From NCBI GenBank assembly GCA_963695225.1, contig OY968762.1, positions 256,001-320,000 on the forward strand: a DNA stretch of 64,000 nt, given 5' to 3'. Both the position numbers and the translations under genes were made by a program. The notes below the pieces were generated by a model, which saw only the letters and a program-made list of their open reading frames with translations, had not been told where the DNA came from and ran no database searches. Below are positions 39,374 to 49,592 of the stretch, piece after piece (the first letter of the stretch is position 1; every line of letters begins with the position of its first letter). Source of the stretch: Vulcanimicrobiota bacterium (GTDB lineage Bacteria > Vulcanimicrobiota > Vulcanimicrobiia > Vulcanimicrobiales > Vulcanimicrobiaceae).

Positions 39374-40003
39374 ATGTTCTCCCGCATAACCGGCGCGATC
39401 GTCGAACGCCGCGACGCTTCCGTCCTCGTCGAAACCGCCGGCGTGGCCTACGAGATCGTTCTCGCCCCGTGCGTCGCCGAAAAACTTCGCGACATCGACC
39501 CAACCCGCGTCACGCTCGAAATCTACCCGACGTTCGCGCTCGAAGGCAACAGCGGCCGCTTCACGTTCTTCGGCTTCACGAACGCGATCGAGCGCGAGTT
39601 CTTCGAAGCGCTCCTCACCGTCGCCAGCATCGGTCCGAAAACCGCCGCCCGCGCATTCTCCCAACCCATGGGCAAAATCGCGCAAGCCATCGAACGCGGC
39701 GACCACGCCTATCTCGTGAAACTCCCCGGCATCGGCCAGCAGAAAGCCCGCGACATCGTCGCCAAACTCCAAGGCAAAGTCGCCCGCTTCTTGCTCATCC
39801 AAGACGCCGAACCCCAAGCGCCGCCGCCGATCCCCGGCTACGCAGAAGAAGCGCTCGCCGTCCTCCTGCAACTCGAATACAAGCGCCATGAAGCCGAAGC
39901 GATGATCAAGCAAACCCTCGAAGCCGTCCCCGCCGTGCGCGACACCGAATCGCTCCTCGCCGAAGTCTACCGCCTCAAGAACCGCGCGGAGAAGGCCTCG
40001 TGA
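39374..40003 (+). CDS. ruvA: Holliday junction branch migration protein
   Basis: OB fold, FFGF..ER..F..LL.V..IGPKTA, LPGIG.QKA; position between ruvC and ruvB. Confidence 0.93.
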   Translation: MFSRITGAIVERRDASVLVETAGVAYEIVLAPCVAEKLRDIDPTRVTLEIYPTFALEGNSGRFTFFGFTNAIEREFFEALLTVASIGPKTAARAFSQPMGKIAQAIERGDHAYLVKLPGIGQQKARDIVAKLQGKVARFLLIQDAEPQAPPPIPGYAEEALAVLLQLEYKRHEAEAMIKQTLEAVPAVRDTESLLAEVYRLKNRAEKAS

Positions 40004-41082
40004 GCGACCCGGGCGAGACGCGCCGCATCGTCCTCGGCGGCGAAGCTCAATCCGAACGGCTCGTCGCGCCGCAAGCTTCCATGGAAGAAGCCGTCATCGG
40101 CGCAACCCTGCGCCCGCGCACGTTCGATGAATACGTCGGCCAGCACCTCATCGTCGAAAACCTGAAGATCGCCATCGCCGCCGCCCGCGGACGCGGCGAA
40201 TCGCTCGATCATATCTTATTCTACGGCCCGCCCGGCCTGGGCAAGACGACGCTCGCCGCGCTCATCGCGCACGAACTCGCACGCCCGTTCCACGTCTCTT
40301 CCGGCCCGACGCTCGAAAAGCCGAAGGACCTCGTCGGCCTCTTAACCTCGCTCGGCGAGGGCGACATCTTATTCATCGACGAGATCCACCGCCTCGGTCG
40401 AATCGTCGAAGAGTTCCTCTACCCCGCGATGGAAGATTACCGCATCGACATCATCATGGATTCCGGCGCGTACGCGAAAACCTACAAGCTCCCGCTGCAG
40501 CGCTTCACGCTCATCGGCGCAACGACGCGCGCGGGCATGCTCTCCGCTCCCTTGCGCGAGCGTTTCGGCATCACGCACCATCTCGATTACTACGATGCCG
40601 CCGATCTCGAGAAGATCGTCGTGCGCAGCGCCGGCGTCCTCGGCATCCCGATCGATCCCGAGGGTGCGAAGATGATCGCCGGCCGCAGCCGCGGCACGCC
40701 GCGCATCGCGAACCGCCTCTTGCGCCGCGTCCGCGATTTCGCGGAGGTGCGCGCCGGCGGCGAGATCACGCGCGACGTCGCCGACGAAGCGTTGCGCCGC
40801 GAGGGCGTCGACGTGCGCGGCCTCGACCGCCTGGACCGCGCGTTCCTCGGGACGATCGCCGAAGTCTACCGCGGCGGCCCCGCCGGCATCGCCGCAATCG
40901 CCGCGACGCTCAACGAAGATGCCGAAACGCTCGAAGACGTCGTCGAACCGTACTTGCTGCAGATCGGCTTCGTGCAGCGCACCGCGAGCGGCCGCAAGCT
41001 GACCGCCGCCGCCTACGCGCATCTCGAGCGCACGCCGCCCGCCGGCATCGCGCCGGGCGCCACGCAGGAGCGCTTGCTCTGA
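40000..41082 (+). CDS. ruvB: Holliday junction branch migration ATPase
   Basis: LRP..FDEYVGQ, GPPGLGKTT, FIDEIHRL, GATTRAG, SRGTPR. Confidence 0.97.
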   Translation: MSDPGETRRIVLGGEAQSERLVAPQASMEEAVIGATLRPRTFDEYVGQHLIVENLKIAIAAARGRGESLDHILFYGPPGLGKTTLAALIAHELARPFHVSSGPTLEKPKDLVGLLTSLGEGDILFIDEIHRLGRIVEEFLYPAMEDYRIDIIMDSGAYAKTYKLPLQRFTLIGATTRAGMLSAPLRERFGITHHLDYYDAADLEKIVVRSAGVLGIPIDPEGAKMIAGRSRGTPRIANRLLRRVRDFAEVRAGGEITRDVADEALRREGVDVRGLDRLDRAFLGTIAEVYRGGPAGIAAIAATLNEDAETLEDVVEPYLLQIGFVQRTASGRKLTAAAYAHLERTPPAGIAPGATQERLL

Positions 41083-41084
41083 AC

Positions 41085-42119
41085 GTGCGGCGCGGCGCGT
41101 TCCTCGCCGGGCTCGCCGGCACGCTGGCCGCAGCACCGCTTGCCGCCGATGCGACCGGCGGTCTCGATATCGATGATACGCCGCCCGTGCGCCGCAGCGT
41201 GCGCGTGCTGCTCGCCTCCGGCAACGGCTTCCCGCCGCCGGAACCGCTCGATGCCGCGAGCTTCCGCTGGAGCGGCATCGCGTACCGCGGCACGTACGCG
41301 AACGTCGCCCTCCCGGATGGAAGCGTCGGCCTGCTGAACACGCTTCCGCTAGATGCGTATCTCTACGGCGTCGTCAGCAAAGAAGTCTCGCCCGCCTGGC
41401 CGCGCGCCGCGCAAGAAGCGCAAGCGATCGTCGCCCGCACGTACGCGCTCGGGAAGCTGCGCCCGGACCGCGCGTTCGACGTGCTTCCCGGTGAAGCCGA
41501 TCAGCGTTACGGCGGCACCGCCGGAGAAACGGTCGAAGGCCGCGCCGCCGTCGACGCGACCTCCGGCATCGCCGTCACTGCCGGCCCGCAACCCGCGCGC
41601 GTCGCCTTCAGCTCGTGCTGCGGCGGCTTCACCGCGGACGCCGGCGACACGTGGGGCAAAGCGTATCCGTACCTCCCCGCGCACGCCGACCCGTACTGCG
41701 CGAATGCGCCGGTCTTCAGCTGGCGCGCCGAGATCCCGTACGATGCGATCGCGCGCGCGCTCGGCGGCGAGTTCGCTGCGCTCGGCCCGCTCGAACGGAT
41801 CGAACTCCGCGAGCCCGACCGCTCCGGCCGCCCGCGCACCGTCGCATTCGTAGGCGCGCAGCGAACGTTCGAAATGCGCACGCCGGATTTCCGCGCGCGC
41901 CTCGGCTACGGCGTGGTGAAGAGCACGCTCCTCCGCTCGATCGCCTTCGGCGGCGCGGACCCGGGAACGCCGGGCGGCACGATCGTGATCGAGGGCAACG
42001 GAAACGGACACGGCGTCGGCATGTGCCAGTGGGGCGCCCGCCAGATGGCGGCCGCCGGCGCCTCCGCGCACGAGATCGTCGCGTTCTACTTCCCGACGAC
42101 GACGCTCGCGCGCGCGTAA
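41085..42119 (+). CDS. SpoIID/LytB domain protein with Tat-like signal
   Basis: MRRGAFL, YLYGVV..E, AQAIVARTYA, GNGHGVGMCQWGA. Confidence 0.92.
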   Translation: MRRGAFLAGLAGTLAAAPLAADATGGLDIDDTPPVRRSVRVLLASGNGFPPPEPLDAASFRWSGIAYRGTYANVALPDGSVGLLNTLPLDAYLYGVVSKEVSPAWPRAAQEAQAIVARTYALGKLRPDRAFDVLPGEADQRYGGTAGETVEGRAAVDATSGIAVTAGPQPARVAFSSCCGGFTADAGDTWGKAYPYLPAHADPYCANAPVFSWRAEIPYDAIARALGGEFAALGPLERIELREPDRSGRPRTVAFVGAQRTFEMRTPDFRARLGYGVVKSTLLRSIAFGGADPGTPGGTIVIEGNGNGHGVGMCQWGARQMAAAGASAHEIVAFYFPTTTLARA

Positions 42120-42124
42120 GCCGA

Positions 42125-43252
42125 ATGGAGCCGAGCGAAAGCGAGAGCGTCGATCTGCGCTCGACCGCAGCGTACCGCTACGAGTTGCCGCCCGAACTGA
42201 TCGCGCACGTTCCGGCGGAACCGCGCGACGCCGCGCGCCTGCTGCACCTCGAGGCCGGCGGCACGCTCGCCGACCGCACGTTCTCCGACTTCCCGGGGCT
42301 CTTGCGCAACGGCGACGTGCTCGTAGTGAACGAGACGCGCGTGATCAAGGCGCGCTTGATCGGAACGCGCGAACACGGCGGCGGTGCTGCGGAGATCTTC
42401 TTGCTGCGGCCGACCGACCGCGAGCGCTACGACGGAAGCGCGCGCACGTTCGAAGCGCTCGTTCGCCCGGGCCGTCGCCTACGCGCCGGCGCGCGCGTCC
42501 GCTTCGGCGAGCTCGCGGTCGCGGAGATCCTCTCGGTAGCGCCGGACGGCGTGCGAACGGTCCGCTTCGAGTGCGAGGGCTCGCTCGACGGCGTGCTGGA
42601 GCGTTTCGGCCGAATGCCGCTCCCGCCGTACGTCGGCCCCGGCGACGCCGCCCGTGACGCCCGCTACCAAACGATCTTCGGCCGCGTCCCCGGCAGCGTC
42701 GCGGCGCCGACCGCCTCGCTGCATTTCACGGAAGCGACGTTCGCGGCGTTGGCGGAACGCGGCGTCGAGGTCGTCCCGCTCGTCCTCGACGTCGGCCTCG
42801 GCACGTTCAAGCCGATGGAAGCCGGCTCGATCGACGCCCACCACATGCATTTCGAGCACTACGAGATCCCCGCCGAAACCGCGCGCGCGATCGCCGCCGC
42901 CCGCCGCACTGGCCGCCGCGTGATCGCCGCCGGCACAACTGTTCTGCGCGCCCTAGAGAGCGCGGCAGAAGAAGGCGGCGTCCGCGCCGGCCACGGCGAG
43001 ACCAACCTCTTCATAACCCCCGGCTTCAAGTTCCGCATCGCCGACGCACTGCTGACGAACTTCCACCTTCCCGCCTCAACGCTGCTCGTGCTCGTCAGCG
43101 CCTTCGCAGGCTACGAGCGAACCCGCGCCGCCTACGCGCACGCTATCGCCGAACGCTACCGTTTTTTTTCCTTCGGCGACGCGATGCTCATCGAGCGCAC
43201 CCCCGATCGCCGCCTGGGCCGGCACTCCGTTCCCGCAGGTCCTGCAGCATGA
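42125..43252 (+). CDS. queA: S-adenosylmethionine:tRNA ribosyltransferase-isomerase
   Basis: YELPPELIA, MPLPPY, GSVAAPTA.LHF, TNFHLP, YRFFSFGDAM. Confidence 0.96.
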   Translation: MEPSESESVDLRSTAAYRYELPPELIAHVPAEPRDAARLLHLEAGGTLADRTFSDFPGLLRNGDVLVVNETRVIKARLIGTREHGGGAAEIFLLRPTDRERYDGSARTFEALVRPGRRLRAGARVRFGELAVAEILSVAPDGVRTVRFECEGSLDGVLERFGRMPLPPYVGPGDAARDARYQTIFGRVPGSVAAPTASLHFTEATFAALAERGVEVVPLVLDVGLGTFKPMEAGSIDAHHMHFEHYEIPAETARAIAAARRTGRRVIAAGTTVLRALESAAEEGGVRAGHGETNLFITPGFKFRIADALLTNFHLPASTLLVLVSAFAGYERTRAAYAHAIAERYRFFSFGDAMLIERTPDRRLGRHSVPAGPAA

Positions 43253-43498
43253 CCTGCGCGCCGTCTACGTGATGTTCCCGGCCGGCTTCGACCAACTGCC
43301 GTACTTTCACGTTACCGATATGCCGCCGTCGGAGGCCGGGCGATCTTTAGGACCTACGCACAGCTAGGAGGGCCCTTGGCACTGCCGAAAGCAACCGGCT
43401 GCTGCCACGCCGGTTCTCGCCGGGGGCGGCGTCTGCGCAGCCGGCAGACCGATGGGGAATCCAAGTAGACAGTCATCCTCGCACTGAGGTGGAACGTC

Positions 43499-45742
43499 AT
43501 GGGGCTTCGCGCGGGTTCGCGCCTCGTTCGCAGGATTCTCGTCGCAGCGTTGCTCGCGGCGCCCGCCCTGTCGCTCCTCGGCGTTCCCGCAAGCGCTGAG
43601 CCCCAAGCACCGGCGTGGCTCACGGTGCGCAAGAGCATCGCCGTCGTCGGTTACCAAAAACCCGATGGTACGTTTGCCGAGTACGGCACGGGATTCTGTT
43701 TCGAATCCGATGCCGAGCAATCGAAATTCATTACCGATTTGCATGTGGTCGAGGCGCCGCGCGAAGGCGGCCTGAAGCTCGTGGTCCGCTTGCCGGGCTC
43801 GTCCTCTGCTCAGCCCGCGACGATCTTAGATCAACGGAAGGAGTACGACTTAGCCGTCGTCTCGATCAAGGTCGGCAATGTTCCGCCGCTGCACTTCAGC
43901 CCCGGCGCGCCGGAGCAGACCGATAGAATCGCGATCGGCGGCTACCCGTTCCTCGAAGCGGTCATGCTCGGAAACTTGGCCGGCCAATCTGCGCAAGTAG
44001 CAGAACTCCGGCAGGCCAACGTCTCCCCCGCAGTCCACATGGGCATGGTCAGCTCGTTCGCCGATCCTTTCCTCGCCTTCGATTTGGAAGGTAGCCGCGC
44101 CGATGAGGGCAACAGCGGCGGTCCCATCTTCGACCCGAAGACGGGCCTCGTCTACGGCGTCATCGAGGGCTTCATCACGCACGACGCCGCTGCGGCAAGC
44201 CACGGCTCGACGCAATCGAGTGCCGACATCAACATGGCGTGGCTCGGGAAGTATGCCGTCGCGCTGATTCAGAACGCCCTCCCTAGCGGAACGAACAACC
44301 CTGGACCATCCGGCATCACCCGGACCGGCGCGGTGCTCGACAACCTCAGCCTCCTCCTCGCAGCCGCAAAGAACGGGAATGCAGACGCTCAGAACAAGGT
44401 CGCGCTCCTGTATCGCTCCGGCACCGGCGGCGTGCCGCAAGATTACGCGCAGGCCCTGCATTGGTTCCAAGCCGCAGCCGACCAGAATAACGCGAACGCC
44501 CAAGTCAACCTCGGCCTCATGTATGACGACGGCCACGGCGTGCCGCAAGATTACGGCCAGGCGATGCAGTGGTACCAGCGGGCCGCTGCGCGAGGCAATG
44601 CGATCGCCCAAAACAACATCGGCTTCCTGTACGAGAACGGCCACGGAGTGCCCCAAGACTACGCGCAGGCGCTGCATTGGTACAGGCTCGCGGCCGATCA
44701 GGGCCAGAGATCCGCGCAGTACAATATCGGCACGCTGTACGACGACGGCCACGGCGTAGCGCAGGATTACGCGCAGGCCATGCATTGGTACCAACTGTCC
44801 GCCGCGCAGGGCGACGCGAGCGCGCAGGACAATATCGGCTTTCTCTACGACGACGGCCATGGAGTAGCACAGGATTACGCGCAAGCCATGCATTGGTACC
44901 AACTGTCCGCCGCACAAGGCAATGCGAGTGCGCAGTACAATATCGGCATGCTCTACGACGACGGCCACGGCGTAGCGCAGGATTACGCGCAGGCCATGCA
45001 TTGGTACCAACTGGCCGCCGCGCAAGGCGATGCGAGCGCCCAAAACAATATCGGCTTTCTCTACGAGAAAGGCCGCGGCGTAACGCAAGATTACGCGCAG
45101 GCCATGCATTGGTTCCAGCTCGCCGCCGCACAAGGCGACGACGGCGCGCAGTACAATATCGGCGACCTGTACTATTACGGTCGCGGCGTGCCCCAAGACT
45201 ACGTGCAGGCAATGCGCTGGTATCAGAGCGCCGCCGCGAAGAGCAACAGCGACGCTCAGTACAGCATCGGAATCCTCTACAACTACGGCTACGGCGTGCC
45301 GCAAGATTACGCGCAGGCCATGCATTGGTACAAACTCGCCGCCTCGCAAGGCAACGAGGACGCGCAGTACAGCATCGGCGACCTCTACTACTACGGTCGC
45401 GGCGTGCCCCGAGACTACGGGCAGGCGATGCGCTGGTATCAGAGCGCCGCCGCGAAGAACAACAGCGACGCTCAATACAGCATCGGCATTCTGTACGAAT
45501 ACGGCTACGGCGTTTCGCGCGATTACGCTTCGGCGCTGCGCTGGTTCAGGCTCGCCGCGGACCAGGAAAACGGGGACGCCGAGTATAGCCTCGGCATCGT
45601 CTACGAATACGGCCGCGGAGTGCCGCGGGACTACGCCCAAGCTCTGCACTGGTACAAACTCGCGGCCGGACATGGCGACAAGAACGCGGCGGAGGCCGTC
45701 AGGCGCCTCGAGTCGCAGCCTGCCCGGCCGGCCCCACCCTAA
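43499..45742 (+). CDS. Secreted trypsin-like serine protease fused to 12 Sel1 repeats
   Basis: Signal peptide; catalytic triad contexts TDLHVV, YDLAVV, GNSGGP; 12 repeats of AQ..IG.LY..G.GV.QDY.QA..WY..AA.QG. Confidence 0.9.
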   Translation: MGLRAGSRLVRRILVAALLAAPALSLLGVPASAEPQAPAWLTVRKSIAVVGYQKPDGTFAEYGTGFCFESDAEQSKFITDLHVVEAPREGGLKLVVRLPGSSSAQPATILDQRKEYDLAVVSIKVGNVPPLHFSPGAPEQTDRIAIGGYPFLEAVMLGNLAGQSAQVAELRQANVSPAVHMGMVSSFADPFLAFDLEGSRADEGNSGGPIFDPKTGLVYGVIEGFITHDAAAASHGSTQSSADINMAWLGKYAVALIQNALPSGTNNPGPSGITRTGAVLDNLSLLLAAAKNGNADAQNKVALLYRSGTGGVPQDYAQALHWFQAAADQNNANAQVNLGLMYDDGHGVPQDYGQAMQWYQRAAARGNAIAQNNIGFLYENGHGVPQDYAQALHWYRLAADQGQRSAQYNIGTLYDDGHGVAQDYAQAMHWYQLSAAQGDASAQDNIGFLYDDGHGVAQDYAQAMHWYQLSAAQGNASAQYNIGMLYDDGHGVAQDYAQAMHWYQLAAAQGDASAQNNIGFLYEKGRGVTQDYAQAMHWFQLAAAQGDDGAQYNIGDLYYYGRGVPQDYVQAMRWYQSAAAKSNSDAQYSIGILYNYGYGVPQDYAQAMHWYKLAASQGNEDAQYSIGDLYYYGRGVPRDYGQAMRWYQSAAAKNNSDAQYSIGILYEYGYGVSRDYASALRWFRLAADQENGDAEYSLGIVYEYGRGVPRDYAQALHWYKLAAGHGDKNAAEAVRRLESQPARPAPP
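44378..45676 (+). repeat. Coding tandem repeat, 12 units of about 108 bp (Sel1)
   Basis: GATTACGCGCAGGCCATGCATTGGT-like cores recur every 108 bp. Confidence 0.92.
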
Positions 45743-45836
45743 AGCGCGCGTCCGGTCGCAGGCGCACGCCGGCATGGGAGCTGCGGAAATGGCCCGAAGA
45801 ACGGTGCGGAGGTACCGAACTTTGCGTCCGCGCTCG

Positions 45837-48425
45837 ATGCCCTACCTCCTCGCGGCGGCGATCCTTGCTCTTGCCGGCGTCATTCCGCGCCCCGGCGGAG
45901 CGGCGATTCGTTATGCGCCGCAAGCGGCGCCGCAGATCGCTCCGCTGACGCTCGAAATCGGCTTCGGGGGCGTCGTGACGCCGATCGCGCCGGAACAGCC
46001 GCCCTCGAGCGCTCGCGCCGGCGCGACGGGCATCGCCGCCGGCAAGAAGCGGCCGGAACTGTGTCCGAATTCCGGCGGCGAATTCCGGGTCACGCCCGAC
46101 GTTGCCGAAATGCAGGGCGCGTTCTTTTGCATCGGCGCGTCGAGCGCCGGGCTCAACGTCCACTTCGATTCCGACCTTCCGTTCACCACGGTGACGCCGC
46201 TGAAGTGCGTCGCGCTGCACGGCCCCCAGACGGCGGCCGGGACGGTCGTCACCTTCGTCGCCCGGTCCGGACGCAGGGTCGGGGACCACGTCGTTTACGA
46301 CGGCGGTCGCGCGCAGTGCGATCTCGGGGTCGCGTTCGCCTACGCGTACTCGGTCGAGCGGCTCAACGTCGCACGCAGCGTCGGCCCCGGGAAGAGCGTC
46401 GCGAGCCGCGTCGTGACGATTCCGTGGAAGCAGTTGCAGCCGGGCTCGCAGACGGCGAGCATCATGGTCGCCGTCGAGGTCTGCGCGTTGCACGACGACT
46501 GCACGACCGATCAGCTTCAAGTCGAAATCCCCGTCCGCGTTCAGGCCGGCGGCGCCTCGCTCGCGCTCGCGTACTCGCCGTACGTCAAGAACGCGGGCCC
46601 GACGCCTGCGCCGCAAGCGACGCCCGGGCGGTATTATCGGATCGGCGTCGACGCCGCTTGGAGTTGGGACGAGCGCAGCCTGCTCATGACTTCGTTCGCT
46701 CAGGATCAAAGCACGGTCGCCACGCAGCGCGCTCTAGCGCAAGCGCTCGGCATCTCCCCGCTCGCCGCACCCTCGAACGTCCGGATGGCGATCGCGCAGA
46801 CGCTGCAGACAAGCGGTCAGCCGTACTTCGCGTTTCAATCGCCGAGCGGTTCTCTAAACGATGTAAGCCTGAAGCCAACCTTCGACATGCAGCCCTACTC
46901 GCTTTCGAAGCTCGGCAGCTTGGCCTCGGGGTATCTGTACGCCTTCGACTCGCAGCCGCTCAAGATCGCCGCCGCATACGGGAATCAGGCGCAGGGCCGC
47001 TATTCCGGTGCGGAGATCGTGACGCTGAGCCTTCCGACGCCGCGGCCGAGCCCGGAACCTTCGCCGCGCACGTTACCGCCGCAGATTAACAAGACCGGCG
47101 CGATGAACCGGTTGCCGCTGCAACCGCCGCCGCCGCCCGCGCCGATCGTCGAGTCCGATACGGCAAACGATCCGCCGCTGGTCGCGTCGCTTTCGAATTC
47201 GTACGTCGGCTCGGCCGGGACGCGCGACTCGGTCGACGCGTATGGACTCCGGGCGCACGTGTACCGCAATGCGACCGCCAGCTACACCGGCTATCACGCG
47301 CTGACCGTCGATCTGTTCGGCGAGCTGCAACACGACCTGCAGAACCCGTGGCCTTCCCCGCCGGCGAGCGCAAAGGCGCAGTTCGCCGGTGAGTCGGCGA
47401 GCTTCACGTCATCCTCGGCGGGCGGAGGAGAGTCGTTCTGGCAGTTGCGAGAGACCGTCGGCGCGCAGATCGACGACCCGAACTTCTCGCCGCGCGCCGG
47501 TGCCATCACGTGGCTGGCGCCGCTCGACGGCCCGGTCGTCCACCTTGCGGCTTCGGGAGCGGTTGGCCCGCGCGCGCGCTACTACGCGCTCGACCTGTTC
47601 GGTTTCCGCCTCACGAACACGGAGCGAGACGTCGCGACGCAGGAAGGCGTGCAACTGACGGCTCCGCTCTTTTCTGCGCCCGGCTGGCTCCTGACCGGGG
47701 GCACGCAAACGCAGGTCGTCTCCGACCGCATGGCGGCGCTGGAGCAGGGGCTCGTGGGAAGCTACGCCGCCGCCGTCGCGGAGGTCATACCGACGCCCGG
47801 CCCGAGCGGCATTGCAGCCACCTCGCCGCGGCGCGCGCAGCATCTCGACAACGTGTCGCTGCAATCGCCGATGCTCGCGCTCTTCGGCGCCCGCGCGCCG
47901 CTGGACGTTCAGTACCGTTTCGTCGCCGGCTACAACGCCGGCAACGTGACCGCGTGCAACAGCAGCGGGAGCGGGAAGGCGCTCACCTACCAGTGCCTGC
48001 TGCAGCCGACGAACCACCTCGTCGGCGGGCTGTTCCTGCAGATCGACAAGCTCGGCATCGGCGTGACCGATACGCCCGCGCTTTCGAGCAACGTCGGTTC
48101 GAGCGGCGCGGCGCGCAACGTTGGGGCGAGCGGCAGCCTGCCCGGCGCGGTCACGGCGTTCCTGACGTACGCCGGCTGCCCCGCACTCTCGGCCGCATAC
48201 GCAAACGCCGCTTTCCCGCAGGGCATTCCGCTTCCGCAGCAAGGTAGCACGATCTCGGCCGAGATGGACTACCCGCTGCGCGTGCGGGCGGCGACGTTCG
48301 ACGTGGGGCTTGGCTACTTCAACGAGCAGCCTGCGACGCTCGGCGTGCCGGGTTCCGCCGGCTTCTTCGCAACGCTGCGCTTGGGCGCTGCGACCGCGCG
48401 CCCCGGCTCACGCTGCGCCTCCTGA
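45837..48425 (+). CDS. Large secreted hypothetical protein, possibly outer-membrane beta-rich (start uncertain)
   Basis: Signal-like MPYLLAAAILALAG, paired Cys residues, alternating beta-strand patterns in the C-terminal half. Confidence 0.65.
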   Translation: MPYLLAAAILALAGVIPRPGGAAIRYAPQAAPQIAPLTLEIGFGGVVTPIAPEQPPSSARAGATGIAAGKKRPELCPNSGGEFRVTPDVAEMQGAFFCIGASSAGLNVHFDSDLPFTTVTPLKCVALHGPQTAAGTVVTFVARSGRRVGDHVVYDGGRAQCDLGVAFAYAYSVERLNVARSVGPGKSVASRVVTIPWKQLQPGSQTASIMVAVEVCALHDDCTTDQLQVEIPVRVQAGGASLALAYSPYVKNAGPTPAPQATPGRYYRIGVDAAWSWDERSLLMTSFAQDQSTVATQRALAQALGISPLAAPSNVRMAIAQTLQTSGQPYFAFQSPSGSLNDVSLKPTFDMQPYSLSKLGSLASGYLYAFDSQPLKIAAAYGNQAQGRYSGAEIVTLSLPTPRPSPEPSPRTLPPQINKTGAMNRLPLQPPPPPAPIVESDTANDPPLVASLSNSYVGSAGTRDSVDAYGLRAHVYRNATASYTGYHALTVDLFGELQHDLQNPWPSPPASAKAQFAGESASFTSSSAGGGESFWQLRETVGAQIDDPNFSPRAGAITWLAPLDGPVVHLAASGAVGPRARYYALDLFGFRLTNTERDVATQEGVQLTAPLFSAPGWLLTGGTQTQVVSDRMAALEQGLVGSYAAAVAEVIPTPGPSGIAATSPRRAQHLDNVSLQSPMLALFGARAPLDVQYRFVAGYNAGNVTACNSSGSGKALTYQCLLQPTNHLVGGLFLQIDKLGIGVTDTPALSSNVGSSGAARNVGASGSLPGAVTAFLTYAGCPALSAAYANAAFPQGIPLPQQGSTISAEMDYPLRVRAATFDVGLGYFNEQPATLGVPGSAGFFATLRLGAATARPGSRCAS

Positions 48426-48432
48426 CCGCCCG

Positions 48433-48464
48433 GAGAAAGGGCCCGCCGCGTTCGGCGGTTTCTC
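48433..48464. terminator. Hairpin between convergent genes
   Basis: GAGAAA..CCGCCG-CGTT-CGGCGG-TTTCTC. Confidence 0.5.
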
Positions 48465-49591
48465 TAGTCGATCCGCTTGCGGAAGCGCAGCACGGCCGTC
48501 GTGAAGACGGTGATGCCGAGCAGCGCCAAGAGGCCGATCTGGCGCCAGAGATACTCGACGCCGACGCCCTTGATGATGATGCCGCGCACGATCGTCAGAA
48601 AGTACGTGAGCGGGACGAAATACGAGAGCGTCCGCAAGCCCGGCGGCATCGCGGCGACGGGGAAGATGAAGCCGGAGAGCAGCATGCTCGGGATCAGGAA
48701 GATCTGAATGAGCTGCGTCGCTTGGATGTACGTCTTCGCGACGGTCGAGACGAGCGTCCCGAGGCCGAGCGTCGTGAAGAAGAAGACGAATACCGTCAGG
48801 TAGAGCAGCACGAGGCTCCCCGCGACGGGGACGCCGAACCAGAAGATCGCCAGCAGCAGGATCAGCGTGACGTTGATGTAGCCGATCGTCATCAGCGGGA
48901 GCATCTTGCCGAGCATCAGCTCCCACGGCTGGATCGGGCTGACGACGAGCTGCTCGAGCGTCCCGAGCTCGCGTTCGCGGACGATCGTGCTCATGCTCAG
49001 GAACGTCATCGTGAACTGCATGACGAGCGCGAGGACGCCCGGCACGATGAAGACTTCCTGGCGGAGCGCCGGGTTGTACCAGGCGCGCGTGCGGACGTCG
49101 ACGCCGATCTTCGGCGTGGAGAGGCCGTTCATTTGCAGCTCCTTGACGACCATGCCGCGGGTCACGCTGCTGCCGATCGCCTGCGCGACGGAGAGGCTCG
49201 TGCGAGCGGCCGTCGCGTCGGAGGCGTCGACGGCGACCATCACCTGCGGCGCCTTCTTCTCGTGCAGCAGAACGGCGTAATCCGGCGGGATCACGATGCC
49301 CGCGAGCGCGTCCCCGCTTTCGATGCGGCGGACGACGCCCTGCATGTTCGTCGCGCGGTATTGCACCGAGAAGTACTGCGAGTTCACGAACGCCGCCAAC
49401 AACCGGCGGCTTTCGGCCGTGCGCGAGAGATCCCACACGACCGTCGGCTGATAGCGGATGTCGCTCGAGAGATAGCCGTAGAGGATCACTTGGACGAGCG
49501 GCATGAGCATCGTTGCGACGACCGTCCGCCGGTCGCGGAAGAACTGCGTGTACTCCTTGAGGGCGATCGTCCACATCCGCCGCCAGTTCAT
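48464..49591 (-). CDS. ABC-2 type exporter permease (YbhR/YbhS-like)
   Basis: KE..Q..RDRR, WYNP, IVRERELGTLEQL, LSGFIFP. Confidence 0.92.
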   Translation of the reverse strand: MNWRRMWTIALKEYTQFFRDRRTVVATMLMPLVQVILYGYLSSDIRYQPTVVWDLSRTAESRRLLAAFVNSQYFSVQYRATNMQGVVRRIESGDALAGIVIPPDYAVLLHEKKAPQVMVAVDASDATAARTSLSVAQAIGSSVTRGMVVKELQMNGLSTPKIGVDVRTRAWYNPALRQEVFIVPGVLALVMQFTMTFLSMSTIVRERELGTLEQLVVSPIQPWELMLGKMLPLMTIGYINVTLILLLAIFWFGVPVAGSLVLLYLTVFVFFFTTLGLGTLVSTVAKTYIQATQLIQIFLIPSMLLSGFIFPVAAMPPGLRTLSYFVPLTYFLTIVRGIIIKGVGVEYLWRQIGLLALLGITVFTTAVLRFRKRID

Positions 49592-49592
49592 G

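Noticed and set aside
44378..45676. Regular repeats as a CRISPR array or DGR template/variable repeat pair
   Set aside because: Units are in-frame 108-bp Sel1 coding repeats without unique spacers; no cas or reverse transcriptase gene in the window
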